This document shows positions 62,575 to 64,000 of a stretch of DNA of 64,000 bases, in pieces (the first letter of the stretch is position 1; every line of letters starts with the position of its first letter). Source of the DNA: Patescibacteria group bacterium (GTDB lineage Bacteria > Patescibacteriota > Minisyncoccia > Moranbacterales > UBA9337); contig JBHPHA010000003.1 in assembly GCA_042569905.1 (NCBI GenBank), forward strand, positions 2,471 to 66,470. Reading direction: 5' to 3'. Made by a program: the position numbers and the translations under genes. The notes beneath the pieces are model-generated. The model made no database searches and was not told the DNA's origin. It saw only the letters and a program-made list of their open reading frames with translations.

Positions 62575-63291
62575 CTATCTTGACGACCCTGTTCGAATAT
62601 TCTCCATTAAATTTAATATATTAGCCATAATCCATATCATCAGAGTGTCCCCAGTAAGGAACGTGTAGTAATTTGAATGTCCCTCGTCTCCATGATAGTC
62701 ACAAGAAACGAAACTTATGAACAATAAAAAAACTACAGAACATATGCCTACGAAACCACCTACTTCCATTTCTTCCTCATAACAAATCACGTAACCAACA
62801 AAAGCAGAGCATGTACTGAATATTAGTATGGTCCAAAGAAAACCGCCCGGAGTTGCCATCAAAGAACCAGAAAAATAGACAAGTAACGCACCTGTTAGCA
62901 GAGCAATTGCTATCCTAAAGTTAGGACTAAGTTCAATTGATCTTTTAGATAGTTCATTAGTAAGTTTCGATATCACTTTATTCACCACTGTCAATTTAAA
63001 CTCTGAAGTAGGCGCAGTTGCTAAAATAATAAAAAAGATAATTCCGATAATCAATGGTATCACATATCTAAACATAAACGCTCTGATAGCCATGTCGAAA
63101 TCCTGGTACCCATTAACTCTTTCTATTATCATTTGCTCTTGTCCGGGATAGAACTTCTTTCTCTCCTTGTCATAATAAACAGGAATCACTTTTTTAATAT
63201 CAATTCTTGTAATATTACTACCCAGATAATCCATTCTAGATTCACTAGACGCAACAACGTCTATAGGACTCGTGAGGTCTCCCATCACCAT
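62575..63291 (-). CDS. membrane protein. The frame stays open upstream to an in-frame TAG, and beyond it to an ATG with a Shine-Dalgarno sequence at 63465.
   Basis: Five hydrophobic helices in the C-terminal half. See the finding on the interrupted gene. Confidence 0.55.
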   Translation of the reverse strand: MVMGDLTSPIDVVASSESRMDYLGSNITRIDIKKVIPVYYDKERKKFYPGQEQMIIERVNGYQDFDMAIRAFMFRYVIPLIIGIIFFIILATAPTSEFKLTVVNKVISKLTNELSKRSIELSPNFRIAIALLTGALLVYFSGSLMATPGGFLWTILIFSTCSAFVGYVICYEEEMEVGGFVGICSVVFLLFISFVSCDYHGDEGHSNYYTFLTGDTLMIWIMANILNLMENIRTGSSR

Positions 63292-63582
63292 CTTTATGGC
63301 TGTTTCACCACTAACTAATCCAGTAGGAAACTCGACTCTGTCGATTAGCTCCTTTTTATAAGATACGATTTCCTTCCCTTGCTACTCTACTAGAATCTCT
63401 GCAACACTATTGCCACAAAAAATAAAGAAAAGCATCATAGCCAAAGCCCAAGATAACGTTTTCATACTAATCCTCCTCTTGTTTGGGATTTAAAAAAATA
63501 TTTTTAAAATAACGAAAGTATTTTTAATACTTTAAAGAATATTAGCACAAACTACAGATAAAGTCAAACTCTATTTGAATCC

Positions 63583-63822
63583 TTATTCCTTTGGAACTGG
63601 GTCATATCCCCCATCGTTCCAAGGGTGACATCTTACAATCCTTTTCAGTCCAATCCAGCTTCCTTTCAAAACCCCAAACTTCTCAATGGACTGATACGTA
63701 TACTCGGAACAAGTTGGGTGAAATCTACAAAAACGCTCAGAAAAAAGGAAGCTAAATATCCCTTGATCCAAAGAAAAAACTCTTTGATAGATTCTTATTA
63801 AAAATAATATTATTTTTTTCAT
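63583..63822 (-). CDS. yidD: membrane protein insertion efficiency factor
   Basis: LIRIYQ........CRF.PTCSEY....I...G...G.....RI.RCHP. Confidence 0.85.
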   Translation of the reverse strand: MKKIILFLIRIYQRVFSLDQGIFSFLFSERFCRFHPTCSEYTYQSIEKFGVLKGSWIGLKRIVRCHPWNDGGYDPVPKE

Positions 63823-63865
63823 TTCAATAATCTCAAAATTTACTTCTTCTCTTTACATTAGCAAT

Positions 63866-63900
63866 AAAAAAACCGCCTTGCAATCATGCAAAGCAGTTTC
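63866..63900 (-). terminator. rho-independent terminator
   Basis: CTTTGCA / TGCAAGG stem followed by a T run on the minus strand. Confidence 0.55.
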
Positions 63901-63905
63901 TATTT

Positions 63906-64000
63906 CTACAAACTCCCCGCTTTTTCCAAAATCCTCACCACTCCGTTATCCGCATCCACCTCAACCAAGTCTCCATCATTCAAAACCTGAGTGGCAATTT
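63906..64000 (-). CDS. 3' end of a gene continuing beyond the window (PEP-utilising-enzyme mobile-domain-like C-terminus)
   Basis: Frame reads ...IATQVLNDGDLVEVDADNGVVRILEKAGSL*. The DGD.V.VD...G.V pattern is typical of that domain. Confidence 0.35.
   Translation of the reverse strand, partial: IATQVLNDGDLVEVDADNGVVRILEKAGSL

Noticed and set aside
1-64000. Alternative genetic code (UGA recoding, as in some CPR lineages)
   Set aside because: TGA ends well-delimited genes, for example 496..858 followed 3 nt later by the next start and 51257..52378 at the conserved HypF C-terminus. Core genes read through normally with the standard code.

Overview
Low-GC (about one third G+C by eye), gene-dense bacterial chromosome segment, mostly transcribed on the minus strand. 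The gene content suggests a Patescibacteria/CPR (Parcubacteria-like) genome. This is inference only, since no database search was possible. Supporting traits are a short AlaRS and EF-Ts, a DUF4012-type protein, an LPXTG surface protein with cysteine-rich repeats, a two-subunit NiFe hydrogenase and many orphan ORFs. Core blocks: PIN-PhoH, alaS and mnmA (8.1-15 kb). Glycosyltransferase and cell-surface cluster (15.4-24.4 kb). tRNA-Thr/Tyr/Thr, rpmG and tRNA-Trp (37.2-37.9 kb). PSP1-domain gene, tsf, rpsB, rpmE, trxB, murD, an amidohydrolase and gap (37.9-46.7 kb). HypA-like gene plus NiFe hydrogenase large and small subunits (46.8-49.3 kb). hpf, murB, murC, murG, ftsW, trmD and yidD (55.8-63.8 kb). 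Accessory blocks are built from self-contained promoter-ORF-terminator modules. The most notable structures are: (1) An array of five or six gene cassettes directly downstream of tRNA-Trp (31.9-37.25 kb). The cassettes are separated by ~110-220 nt repeats, each holding a copy of the tRNA-Trp 3' end and flank, a terminator hairpin and a promoter. The cargo looks enzymatic (Fic, an HExxH protein, a Cys-His-Asp protein, an SGNH hydrolase). No recombinase is visible in the window. (2) A GC-rich two-gene insertion bounded by a perfect 60-nt direct repeat of the 3' end of a truncated HypF-like gene (52.3-54.0 kb). (3) Three orphan genes beside the hydrogenase, each followed by the same conserved terminator. 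(4) Four stand-alone DnaJ-type CxxCxGxG zinc-finger proteins in the first 7 kb. Two of them lie inside a 2.3-kb segment bracketed by 91-nt inverted repeats, next to a 1-kb ORF-free AT-rich tract. No CRISPR array, rRNA, transposase, integrase or reverse transcriptase was recognised. All functional calls rest on motifs read by eye.
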